Virus record (IMG/VR): IMGVR_UViG_3300021256_001754
Span: 64,001 to 128,000 of that record
DNA length: 64,000 nucleotides
From: a virus
Taxonomy: Duplodnaviria; Caudoviricetes
Reading direction: 5' to 3' (one strand)
Position numbers and translations under genes: made by a program. Of this stretch, positions 51,414-61,033 are shown piece after piece. How positions within the stretch are numbered: the first letter of the stretch is position 1; each line of letters opens with the position of its first letter. Under the pieces are notes generated by a model. The model made no database searches. It was given only the letters and a program-made list of their open reading frames with translations, and was not told the DNA's origin.

Positions 51414-52363
51414 TAATCAAAACTACTTGTTGAATTCGAATATGCTTTAGATATATCTTTTATATTGTACATTTTAAATTCTCCTAGATCATTTGATATC
51501 TTCGACAATCCTACAAATAGTCCATATCTGTCTGTATTTATACCATTTATTACATATTTGTCTATCTTTTCTCTATAAATATTCCATATAGTATCAAAAG
51601 ACAAGCTTATATGTAGTTCTGGATATGGTAGAGTCTTTCTATCTTCAGTATACTGATATATCTTTAATGCATATACAGCATTACTAGACATGATAGCATC
51701 AAGATCTCCATATACATATACTTTACCATAAAACATTAATAAATTATTTATAAATTCATTCTCCTTTAAATTCTTTCTAGGAAACGAATCAAATATAACC
51801 TGCTTACAATACTCATTAGTTTCATAATTATAATGAAAGAATGCTAGATTTATTTTATGATCAAAGCAAACTTTAGTTATAGATCCTAATGCAGATTGTA
51901 ATCCTGTTACGTATACATATAAAGTTTTATCAGCTACATTATCGTTAAATTCAATATTATTCAAAATAAAATTTTCACAAATCTCATATTGTTTTTCATA
52001 ATCAAACATCAAACTAGATGAAAATGACTCTTCGAATATAAAAGAATCTACCGGCATGTCATGTCTGTTTGATATAAGTCCAACAGCTTTTATTGGATTC
52101 TTATATAATACAGGATTATTTCTATTTTCTATTATTTGTTCTTTTATAAATAATTCTGATAATATAACATTTGCTGCAGCATTAGCTACATTATTCAAAC
52201 CATATTCTCTAGCAGTATTATTTATAAATTCCAATCCTATTTTATATTTTTGAGCCATCTCTTTTTTTGTCATCTTACTGTCTGGATTTTTCATTGCATC
52301 TTTGATTTCTTTAATAACTACTTCTTTCATCTTTTTCCATGGAATTTGTCTCTTCACTTTCAT
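51413..52363 (-). CDS. HTH plus Rossmann-like (CARF-like?) domain protein
   Basis: N-terminal HTH-like TKKEMAQKYKIG; GLISNRHDMPV...LYVYVTGL...FFHYN. Confidence 0.5.
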   Translation of the reverse strand: MKVKRQIPWKKMKEVVIKEIKDAMKNPDSKMTKKEMAQKYKIGLEFINNTAREYGLNNVANAAANVILSELFIKEQIIENRNNPVLYKNPIKAVGLISNRHDMPVDSFIFEESFSSSLMFDYEKQYEICENFILNNIEFNDNVADKTLYVYVTGLQSALGSITKVCFDHKINLAFFHYNYETNEYCKQVIFDSFPRKNLKENEFINNLLMFYGKVYVYGDLDAIMSSNAVYALKIYQYTEDRKTLPYPELHISLSFDTIWNIYREKIDKYVINGINTDRYGLFVGLSKISNDLGEFKMYNIKDISKAYSNSTSSFD

Positions 52364-52535
52364 TTATTCTCCTCTCATTAGTATTTAAATAATTAATTGC
52401 TATATAGGAATAATCTACTGTCAATATAAAAAATACAATAGCTAATATGAATTTTCCTATAATTGCAGCATACCAGGCAATTCCCCCAAGAATAATACCA
52501 GTTATAACAATAATAATTTTACCAATTTTTCTCAT
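52311..52535 (-). CDS. small two-TM protein
   Basis: hydrophobic helices; TATATACTATA upstream. Confidence 0.55.
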   Translation of the reverse strand: MRKIGKIIIVITGIILGGIAWYAAIIGKFILAIVFFILTVDYSYIAINYLNTNERRINESEETNSMEKDERSSY

Positions 52536-52649
52536 TCCTTTAAATTATGTCTCCTCTCATTTATGTCATATTTATAGTATATATTCAAAATATATTTTTA
52601 TAAAACTATTTAAAATCCTAGAGGAACAATATCCTCTAGGAATATTTAT

Positions 52650-53036
52650 TTATATAGTAGCAGGTATACATATATAAGGCAAATCATTAAAACATGTCTT
52701 ACCATTACCCATTTTCATGTATACATCATGTCCATCTTTTACAAGTATAAGTTCTCTATCATGTAAAATTGGATTTAATTCTCTTAAATTTTTCAAAGTA
52801 TCAGTACGAAGTTTTACATAGTATCTTGATTGAGAATAATCTTCATACTGTTCATAAGTTATCAATCCTCGTTCATAATTATTCTTCAATTCTTCTTTTG
52901 TGAAATCAGAATCTTTATTAGTATATATGACATCACTTTTAAAAGATCTATTAAGCATCTTATCTCTATCACGAAGATATACGATCCATAATATCATATT
53001 AACAATAACAACCACAGCAATAATACAATTAAACAT
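52650..53036 (-). CDS. membrane-anchored protein with C-terminal Mtd-N-like domain
   Basis: TM N-terminus; LRTDT...NPILHDRELI...MKMGNGKTCFNDLPYI. Confidence 0.6.
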   Translation of the reverse strand: MFNCIIAVVVIVNMILWIVYLRDRDKMLNRSFKSDVIYTNKDSDFTKEELKNNYERGLITYEQYEDYSQSRYYVKLRTDTLKNLRELNPILHDRELILVKDGHDVYMKMGNGKTCFNDLPYICIPATI

Positions 53037-53112
53037 TTATTCTACCTCCGATTATTAAAATTGTTAAAGAGTTCTGTATAAAATATATTTTTGATAATTC
53101 TCTTAACCGCTT

Positions 53113-53343
53113 GATGACAAACCAAAAATATTACGCATTACACAAATAACTAATGAGGTTGGTAGTTTTACAATACCACGCACAGAAATCCCTAGTGATT
53201 TACATTATATTATCGGAATTTATGGTTCATCTAATGGAAACTATTATGTTGTTCAATATAATAATATTATATATGGTGTATTTAATTATACTCATACACC
53301 ATATAGCGAACAAACCTTAACAATAGATTTTGTATATATTTAA
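53113..53343 (+). other. silent cassette C10 (76 aa; absent from ORF track)
   Basis: TGATGAC at 53112, in-frame TAA at 53104; DDKPKILRITQITNEVGSFTIP...QTLTIDFVYI*. Confidence 0.8.
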
Positions 53344-53528
53344 AGGAGAATCATATTCATTAGTTAAAGTTACATCTAAGAAACAACTATTTGAAAATTA
53401 TTCTCCAACTTTATTATATTTATTATAAAAAGAAAATCCCTGGAGAATCATTCTCCAGGGATAATGTTTTGTTTCAAAAGTCCACATTCGATAACAAACT
53501 GTGTACTATAATAAATATAGTTAGCAGT

Positions 53529-53897
53529 CTACGGTTCTACATCCGGCTCTTTCATTGGATTATCATTTATAATTATTTCAAAATGACTATAGGTGCCATC
53601 ACCGTTATTATCGTCATATCTTATCTTTTTATGTAGATCAAAACTACATAAATAGTACATATTACTTAACCATATTTGAGCTGATTCACCATTAGTAAAC
53701 TCTACATTTAATTTTATTTCTGAATCTTCATATTGAATAACAGAGAATGTTTTTATTATACCGGTATATTTATTATAATATCTAGCACCAGAAAAAGAAC
53801 AATCATGATCATCTATCAAAGTAACATTGAGTTTTCTATTAGTGATATATTTTAAAGTCTTGACAAGTTTTCTTCTAGAAATATAATCTTCTTTCAT
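53529..53897 (-). CDS. hypothetical protein
   Basis: 122 aa, AGGAGG RBS. Confidence 0.65.
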   Translation of the reverse strand: MKEDYISRRKLVKTLKYITNRKLNVTLIDDHDCSFSGARYYNKYTGIIKTFSVIQYEDSEIKLNVEFTNGESAQIWLSNMYYLCSFDLHKKIRYDDNNGDGTYSHFEIIINDNPMKEPDVEP

Positions 53898-53966
53898 AAT
53901 ATAACCTCCTAATTTATTTTAAAGTTTTCGTTATTGTAATTATTTATTAAAATAAATTATACTACT

Positions 53967-54287
53967 GATGACCAAAAATATAAATTTTACGGTATGTACC
54001 AAATAACTGTAGAAATCGTGTCTATTTCTGCACCAGCATCTTTTAATGAATTATTATTTGAAATAGGTATAACTAATAATACTCAATTGTATGGTTGTAA
54101 ATCATTTATAATACCAAAACTAGAAGATGATCAAAATATTATATCGACAGGATCAATTTATAACGGAAGCGGAGATCTCTGTAGTAGTAGTGGTGCATAT
54201 ATATTTTGTGTAGTTGGAACAATAAAAATGCATTTATTCGAAACTCCTATAAAAGGAACAATATCAACTAGAATTTATTATAGATAA
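53967..54287 (+). other. silent cassette C11 (106 aa)
   Basis: TGATGACCAAAAA identical to expressed junction; in-frame TAA at 53937. Confidence 0.8.
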
Positions 54288-54298
54288 ATTATATTGCT

Positions 54299-54637
54299 GA
54301 TGATTTGGTGAATATTCGTAACTCTATAGCACGTTTCCAGTTTGGTACAGCTCAGACTTATAATGCTAGATATATAAAAGCACCTCTTGCAGAAAGAATA
54401 ATAACATCTGGTGGGTGGCCATGTATAGCTATTGCAACCGGCAAATCTGGTGCCGATCCATACTTAGCTTTAGGAACAATAGATTGGCTTGGAGGTATTG
54501 GTGAAACTGTTATTACTAAAGGTTGGTCTAGTGCAGTTAAATTTACTGTAACTGATAATAAAACTACTGTTACATTTGATGCTTTATCTTCTGCTTCATA
54601 TATCAAACTTACAGTATTCCAATTTTTCACCGACTAG
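54299..54637 (+). other. silent cassette C12 (112 aa)
   Basis: TGATGAT at 54298, 10 nt after C11 stop. Confidence 0.8.
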
Positions 54638-54643
54638 CAAGCT

Positions 54644-55033
54644 GATGACGTAAATAATATATTTCAAGGTCCAACTATAATGGATGCAAATGCTGCTCCG
54701 GTTGGTATAAGTTTCTTACCAATCGAAGCAGCAAATAACCCTTTAAATTCTTGGGCAACACTTATCACTACTTGTCCACAAGCTAATTATAAACAGCAAA
54801 TATGTACACCATGGTTTAATAATTTTAGAGAAATATGTTTTAGAGTTTATGATTATGATGGTTGGAAATCGTGGTCATTAATTCCATCAACAAGTCTTGG
54901 CGACCCTTTGAATGTAACTAATACAAATTTGTCTTGGACCGCTGCAAGTGGACGACAAAATGATTGTACCCCTGTACATTATGATGGTAGAGCATTTATT
55001 TATGTAGATGGTAATAAATTATACCTTACATAA
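54644..55033 (+). other. silent cassette C13 (129 aa, knob-like)
   Basis: TGATGAC at 54643, 5 nt after C12 stop; DANAAP...QQIC...FRVY...WKSW. Confidence 0.85.
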
Positions 55034-55216
55034 TATCATATTGATAATCTAAAAAGAAATTATCCCTAGGATTAATACCCTAGGGACAATTTATAATTTT
55101 CATAAATAAATTGGGAGATTTATTTTATGACATTATTTTATAGTTGTAAATTAAATCTTTTACAAATATATACTATAATTGTAGAAACATAAAAACCTAT
55201 ATGGAGGAAATTAAAA

Positions 55217-55804
55217 ATGAGCAATTTAATGATGTGCCCACATTGTGGGAAAGTTTATTTAAAAGAAACACTATCGGCTGATATTCAGGGTAGATATTTT
55301 TGTCCAGATTACGAGGATAGAAATAATGAGCTATTCGAAGTAGATGAGCAGATGGTTGTTGTTTTAAGACGTTTATGGGATTTAGGTTATTGGACAGAAT
55401 TCTGCTGTAGTGGTCATTATTCAGATACCAATCTTCCTTATATTCTGTTTGCTGATAGAGATCTTGCACCATGTACTCATCCTAAGAACTGGTTTATTCA
55501 GGATATAGAGTATTTGGATGATAATGACAAACTTGTTCAGAGTAAAACCGGAATATATGGAATTGTATCTAGTAAGAAAATAACAACACCAGAAGAAAGA
55601 CAGATCCGTAACAATAAGCTTATGAATGAACTGGTTAAGTGGGTTATGGATCTTGAACCTAATCCTATACCAGAAGCTCATGATGCAACAAAATGCTTTA
55701 GAGATGGTGATTCCACATATTATGGAGAAGATGGTTATAATATCTTTCCAGATAAATGGATAACAAAGAGTACACATTGTAGATATAAGAGAAGACCAGA
55801 ATAA
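55217..55804 (+). CDS. zinc-binding hypothetical protein
   Basis: CPHCG, GYWTEFCCSGH; GGAGG RBS. Confidence 0.65.
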   Translation: MSNLMMCPHCGKVYLKETLSADIQGRYFCPDYEDRNNELFEVDEQMVVVLRRLWDLGYWTEFCCSGHYSDTNLPYILFADRDLAPCTHPKNWFIQDIEYLDDNDKLVQSKTGIYGIVSSKKITTPEERQIRNNKLMNELVKWVMDLEPNPIPEAHDATKCFRDGDSTYYGEDGYNIFPDKWITKSTHCRYKRRPE

Positions 55805-56019
55805 ATGTATTTATAAAGCTGAGGATAATTCCTCAGCTTTCTTTTTCGCATCTTCGACAGATTTACAAGCAAATACTCGTTGTCCGGCAGGATTATTCAT
55901 TATAAGAGTATAACTACCAGCTTCATATTTTATAACAAATTTCAAATCTACTGTATGGTAACAATTACCGCAACTAATCCATTTAATCATAAGAAATATT
56001 TCCTTTCGTATTTTATTTT

Positions 56020-56439
56020 TTATTCTTTTATAAACCATTCATAGAATAATTCAGGTTCTATACCTTCTTTAAAGCAGGATAATAATTTCTCTGCTGATAT
56101 TTCTATAACTTTTTTTCCAATACACATATTTATTATATATGCATCATGATACTTGTTCAATTTCACTTTTTTATCATTTTTAAGTGTTGGTACAGTTAAA
56201 AAACAAGCATCAATGCCTATACAATTTGTAGTTATAAAAATCATTAATCGATGTAACCAATCGAGATAATTTATATATTCTTTTTCACATTCCGATCTAT
56301 ATTCGTTATCTTCTTTATTGTCTTTTAATGGCAGTATGGTCAAATGATTTTCACATATAAAAATACCAATAAAGAATAAGATAACCATAACCAAGAAAAT
56401 ACCAATAGCCACAATAATACTATAATATAATAACTCCAT
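56020..56439 (-). CDS. membrane-anchored hypothetical protein
   Basis: N-terminal TM helix. Confidence 0.6.
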   Translation of the reverse strand: MELLYYSIIVAIGIFLVMVILFFIGIFICENHLTILPLKDNKEDNEYRSECEKEYINYLDWLHRLMIFITTNCIGIDACFLTVPTLKNDKKVKLNKYHDAYIINMCIGKKVIEISAEKLLSCFKEGIEPELFYEWFIKE

Positions 56440-56552
56440 ACTTATACCCCCATAAATATTGATTTATAAGAATGTAATAGTGATGCTTATTTTATATATT
56501 TTATTTATATTTCACTTTGAAATAATATAATAATCTATAAGGAGGAAAGTGT

Positions 56553-56729
56553 ATGACATCTTGTAGAGATTGTTCTAGTAGAGTTGTATGGTATCATGGT
56601 ATTGGGAATATGGATAAATGTAAGTTTATACTATGTGGATTTAGACCTAAATTGAGAATGAAACCAAAGACAGTTCCAAAATGGTGTCCACGTATAGATG
56701 AATTGGAAAAGAAAGGAGATAAAGAATGA
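56553..56729 (+). CDS. 58-aa Cys-rich protein
   Basis: MTSCRDC...KWCP; AAGGAGG RBS. Confidence 0.55.
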   Translation: MTSCRDCSSRVVWYHGIGNMDKCKFILCGFRPKLRMKPKTVPKWCPRIDELEKKGDKE

Positions 56730-56902
56730 ATCCGGTTATATATTTTTTGATAACATATTCAATCGCTATAATATTTAGCTTGTTTATATTTATTATTGTT
56801 AAACTTTATAAAAAATATGGATTGTATGTAGCTGTACCTGTTATTCTTGAAATCGTTATTATAATTCTTATTGCTCTATTGATTCATGAATTAATGTATT
56901 GA
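56726..56902 (+). CDS. 58-aa two-TM protein
   Basis: hand-translated, ATGA-coupled, AAAGGAG RBS. Confidence 0.5.
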   Translation: MNPVIYFLITYSIAIIFSLFIFIIVKLYKKYGLYVAVPVILEIVIIILIALLIHELMY

Positions 56903-56936
56903 ATAAATATAATATCCATTCTTTTGGATTGCTTTT

Positions 56937-57254
56937 GATGACTTAAAATTCAGGATAAACGATGTTGCTAGAATATATGGTTTTTATAACAAGTTGTATG
57001 TTTATGTCAAAGATCTTTCGGCACAATATTTTTATGGAGCTGCAAAAGTTATTACTGAATATGGTGAAAATACAATTGGATTAATGGGCTACGATGGAAC
57101 ACAAACAGATACAAGTAGCCCTATAAAAACATATAAGCATAATAACAATGGTATGCTCGATATTCAATTTGTTTTCCCAAATACATATACACATGGAGTT
57201 TTATTATTAGGTGGTTCTGTAGTGAGAGGAAAAATAATAGATGGAACAGATTGA
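56937..57254 (+). other. silent cassette C14 (105 aa)
   Basis: TGATGAC at 56936, in-frame TAA at 56910. Confidence 0.8.
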
Positions 57255-57342
57255 TTAAAAGAGAATAAAATACAACATAATCAAACTCGTAAGAAATACA
57301 GTAAATATATCCCAGTAGGATACATTTCCTACTGGGATTATA

Positions 57343-58224
57343 CTATCTCATAGCATTTGTCATTCTCTTTTCCTCATACATTCTTTTATCAGCCAATTCT
57401 ATTAATTCGGACACTATTTTAGTTTCTGACGAGCTAGCCGCACCAATACTGGTAGATACTTTTATTTTTCGCATTCCAACATACTCTATGTTGTTAAACG
57501 CCCCTAATATGCGGTTCTTAATAGCATCTATATCTAACTTTGATTCAATTTGTGCTACAATACAGAATTCATCTCCACCTATTCTAGCTACTATATTATT
57601 CTCCCCAAATTCACTTCCTAATTCTATAGCAACTTTAATAAGCACGTCATCCCCAAATCCGTGACCATATGTATCGTTTATAATTTTGAATTTATTTATA
57701 TCCAAAAAGAATACTGCATAATCTATATGATTTATCTCATGCATTTTCTCATATTCTTCAATATAAACATCTAATCCTCTTCTATTAAGCAATCCTGTTA
57801 ATGGATCTTTTAATACGAGATCTTCAAGTTGATGTGTATGTCTATCTACTTCAGTTACATCAATAAAGTATCCCCATAGTCCAATAATTTCATTGGTTTT
57901 CTTATCATAAACAGGGAACTTATTAGCAACGATATTTCTATTCTCTCCTCGGATAATGCAATTTCCCCTAGCATTACATATAACTTCCCCATCTTTAATA
58001 ACTTTAATCTCGTCTGATTTAAAAGGTTTAGGATTTACATGCCATTTCATTTCCTCGTCGTTTTTGCCCACAACTTCATCCAAAGTAATTCCATAGTAAT
58101 CTAAAAAGAATTTATTTACCCCCAAAAACTTCCTATCCTTATCCTTCCAAAATATCCCAACATCAATATTATTTAAAATTGAGTCTAATAAAACTTCTGA
58201 GGTAAAAGGTATTAAATTACTCAT
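57343..58224 (-). CDS. PAS-GGDEF diguanylate cyclase
   Basis: PAS (IFWKDKDRKFLGVN), DPLTGLLNRR, DINKFKIINDTYGH..GD, ARIGGDEF, ADKRMYEEK. Confidence 0.9.
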   Translation of the reverse strand: MSNLIPFTSEVLLDSILNNIDVGIFWKDKDRKFLGVNKFFLDYYGITLDEVVGKNDEEMKWHVNPKPFKSDEIKVIKDGEVICNARGNCIIRGENRNIVANKFPVYDKKTNEIIGLWGYFIDVTEVDRHTHQLEDLVLKDPLTGLLNRRGLDVYIEEYEKMHEINHIDYAVFFLDINKFKIINDTYGHGFGDDVLIKVAIELGSEFGENNIVARIGGDEFCIVAQIESKLDIDAIKNRILGAFNNIEYVGMRKIKVSTSIGAASSSETKIVSELIELADKRMYEEKRMTNAMR

Positions 58225-58317
58225 AAATAACCACCTCTAATCTCATATGGATAATTTAATAAAATGTTTTAGTACAATAAAAAATAAAAGGCAGGTTGAA
58301 TTTCCTGCCTTTTATAT

Positions 58318-58956
58318 TTATCCGTGTGTCCAATTAGTAGCAATATCGAATGTGACACCACTACCATTATGTGTAAAATCTCCAGTATCGGCTACTATAC
58401 CTTTACCGAGAGATGTGTCTACTATACTACCATATGGATATATGTCCCAATCAGCAGCGACCATTATATAGTCTCCAAACATCTTGGCACCATCTTCGCG
58501 AATCCAGTAGTCTCCCTCATATCCCTTCTCTCTGAGGGTGCGTAATACGCCTTTCATATTAAGGTCGTAATACGTCTCTTTTCCACACGGACCATTGAAT
58601 ACACCAAGTTGTTTGGTAAGCTTAGGACCATCTGGAACAGGATTTAATATCTTTATTTTTTCGTCAGATACCAAATCTGCTCTGACATACCCACCACCTT
58701 CAACTGCTAACCATGCAGTATCAGTGATTGAATATTCTATCTGGGTGTTGATTCTGAATGTATCCAGTATCTCTGACTCAGTGTTAGGTTCTGCTCTTAA
58801 CCTAACACCATCCTTTGTGTAACCTGTTGCTGCACAACTACTTAGATTACTAAAAGCAATAACGTAAAATATCGCCATAACTAAAACAACAGCAGCAATT
58901 TTGATAACGTTCTTTTTCATTTTCTCGTCCTCCTTTAAATGAATTTCACGTTTCAA
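58318..58956 (-). CDS. secreted SH3-domain / 3D-like cell-wall protein
   Basis: signal-like N-terminus, VRLRAEPNTESEIL, GSIVDTSLGKGIVADTG...FDIAT. Confidence 0.65.
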   Translation of the reverse strand: MKREIHLKEDEKMKKNVIKIAAVVLVMAIFYVIAFSNLSSCAATGYTKDGVRLRAEPNTESEILDTFRINTQIEYSITDTAWLAVEGGGYVRADLVSDEKIKILNPVPDGPKLTKQLGVFNGPCGKETYYDLNMKGVLRTLREKGYEGDYWIREDGAKMFGDYIMVAADWDIYPYGSIVDTSLGKGIVADTGDFTHNGSGVTFDIATNWTHG

Positions 58957-59058
58957 CTACATTAATATAGTATATAATTTTAATCCTTCAAAATTACATA
59001 CTATACGTTATATTATTTTTATAGTATATAACCAAAGTAAAAAATACCCAGTAGGAGT

Positions 59059-59520
59059 TTATCCTACTGGGTTATAAAATTTATTACCGTTTAAAATCGC
59101 TAAAGCATATTGTACATGAACCCATCCTAAGCCATTTCTATAAAAATCTGTTTTTACAAAATGTCTTTCTATCTCATCGTCATAGTCTCTAAATCTTTCA
59201 TCGTCTATTACACACCACGCGTCTATGTTTTGGTGTTCGTTCAAATATTTATGGATAGCTGTACCACGTTTACCACCTAGATGATCAACCTGATCAAATA
59301 TAAACAGTTTATGTTCTGCTAATCTACGTTCAAGATATAATAAGTTCTCTTCTATATTCATCCAACTAGAAGTCAAAACTAAGTATGCATTAGATTGTTC
59401 TACAATAGACTGTAATACTTCTATCTTTTCGTCATCTAGTCCAATTATAAATTTACTTAGTCTATCTTGTGTATCTTGACAGTTTAAAACCCCATCTATA
59501 TCAAGAAAAATAACTTTCAT
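59059..59520 (-). CDS. HAD-domain protein (Swiss-army-knife RNA-repair type)
   Basis: FLDIDGVLN, LTSSW, VIDDE. Confidence 0.8.
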   Translation of the reverse strand: MKVIFLDIDGVLNCQDTQDRLSKFIIGLDDEKIEVLQSIVEQSNAYLVLTSSWMNIEENLLYLERRLAEHKLFIFDQVDHLGGKRGTAIHKYLNEHQNIDAWCVIDDERFRDYDDEIERHFVKTDFYRNGLGWVHVQYALAILNGNKFYNPVG

Positions 59521-59546
59521 ATTACCACCCCCTTATTATATTCATA

Positions 59547-60944
59547 TTAATCTTTATGCTGATTCTTGATTCTAGAATCGTTAATATTATTCATTGTAAT
59601 AATTGTCTCATTTACATATTTCATATCTGCATAGAATACCAAGTTGAGCATTAACTCTTCATCTACAGGGTTCTCAAGACATATTATCTTCTTACCATAA
59701 TCAACTCGTATATCAACGCATCTAGCTTGATCAAATTGTTGTGACAGATACACTTTAGTATCGATAAACATTCTTGGATCTAATCCCATCTTTATAGTAT
59801 AATCTATAACCTGAGTTATATTACCACCACCATTCAGTATAGAAGATATATCGATAGTCTTTTCATTTCTATCTGTCATATAACTTGTAAGAGCAAACTG
59901 AGCCCATCCCTTTTCATTAACAGGTGGAATCTGGAATGGATTGACAGTATATAGAGAAACAGAAGTTTCTGGATCTTTATCATACACAGTAAGTTCATTA
60001 CCAATATACTCTTCTTCAAATAGCACAAAGAAATGAGGTATTGGTATTGTCAATACCGCTTCCATTTCTATATCATAGTTATCGTATAATTTTCCAACCT
60101 GATCCCCATCATTAGGTTGTAATTTATTCAGACAAGATATATGAGTATAGAGATCATCTATTCTCATAAAATAAGCCGGTTGTTGGTTTATTCCTCTCAT
60201 CTTACATATGATAGGAAGATGACTATGTCTATTAAGATAATTTGTCAAATCGCATATATCTTTCTTCTGTATCAGCATCTTTCCAGTCTCTGGATTCTTT
60301 ACTAATTCAAATCCAGCTTTACATGCTAATCCAATAATACATGATTCTGGTATATGAAAATCTATACTGCATCTATCATGCCATGTAGAACCAATCTTAA
60401 AACATAACTCCATTCTATTTAAAGCATCTAATTGTTCAGATCTAGTATTAAATCTAGCTCTAAAAGCAAATGTCATCTTTAAAGCTCTCATACGACAATA
60501 GAGATATTGTTTTGATTCAAAGTCTTTTAAAAATGATTGCTCATAGTCTGAAGTTTTTAAAAAGAGATGCTCGTTACCTTGATATAAATCAATATTCTCT
60601 CTATTGAAATCATACTCTATAGTGGGCACTATAGATAACATTGGTTTTTCTCTTTTGATATTATAATTATTAAACTTTTTCCAGTCTGATAATACATGTT
60701 TACCGTTGATATATACTGTTTTAAAATACTCTTTAGGAAATTTAGCAAGAAACCAATCTCTCATATATTCTATAGCTAAACTATATCCATGTACATATGA
60801 CGGTAAAGATAATTGTTTATATAATTTAGGACGATATAAGAAAAAGTCTATAGGGAGATTTGTAATATGTGTCTGTGCACCATTCTTACGTTTTTCATTT
60901 ACTATCTCTCTAATACTAACTGGTTTAAATCTATTCTCGTTCAT
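59547..60944 (-). CDS. probable virion structural protein
   Basis: 465 aa; AAGGAGG RBS; TACA-N6-TA upstream on - strand. Confidence 0.5.
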   Translation of the reverse strand: MNENRFKPVSIREIVNEKRKNGAQTHITNLPIDFFLYRPKLYKQLSLPSYVHGYSLAIEYMRDWFLAKFPKEYFKTVYINGKHVLSDWKKFNNYNIKREKPMLSIVPTIEYDFNRENIDLYQGNEHLFLKTSDYEQSFLKDFESKQYLYCRMRALKMTFAFRARFNTRSEQLDALNRMELCFKIGSTWHDRCSIDFHIPESCIIGLACKAGFELVKNPETGKMLIQKKDICDLTNYLNRHSHLPIICKMRGINQQPAYFMRIDDLYTHISCLNKLQPNDGDQVGKLYDNYDIEMEAVLTIPIPHFFVLFEEEYIGNELTVYDKDPETSVSLYTVNPFQIPPVNEKGWAQFALTSYMTDRNEKTIDISSILNGGGNITQVIDYTIKMGLDPRMFIDTKVYLSQQFDQARCVDIRVDYGKKIICLENPVDEELMLNLVFYADMKYVNETIITMNNINDSRIKNQHKD

Positions 60945-61033
60945 AAAGGTTTCCCTCCTTTGTTATATAGATGTAATTCTTAGGATAAATTATGAGGTTG
61001 GGAATTATATCCCAACCTCGTTATATTATACAT

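Noticed and set aside
22520-57254. ORF-track starts for cassettes (22520, 22770, 29130, 30111, 30268, 53994, 54305, 54680, 56994)
   Set aside because: These are internal or overlapping ATG/TTG codons without an RBS; the coherent boundary is the TGATGAY site.
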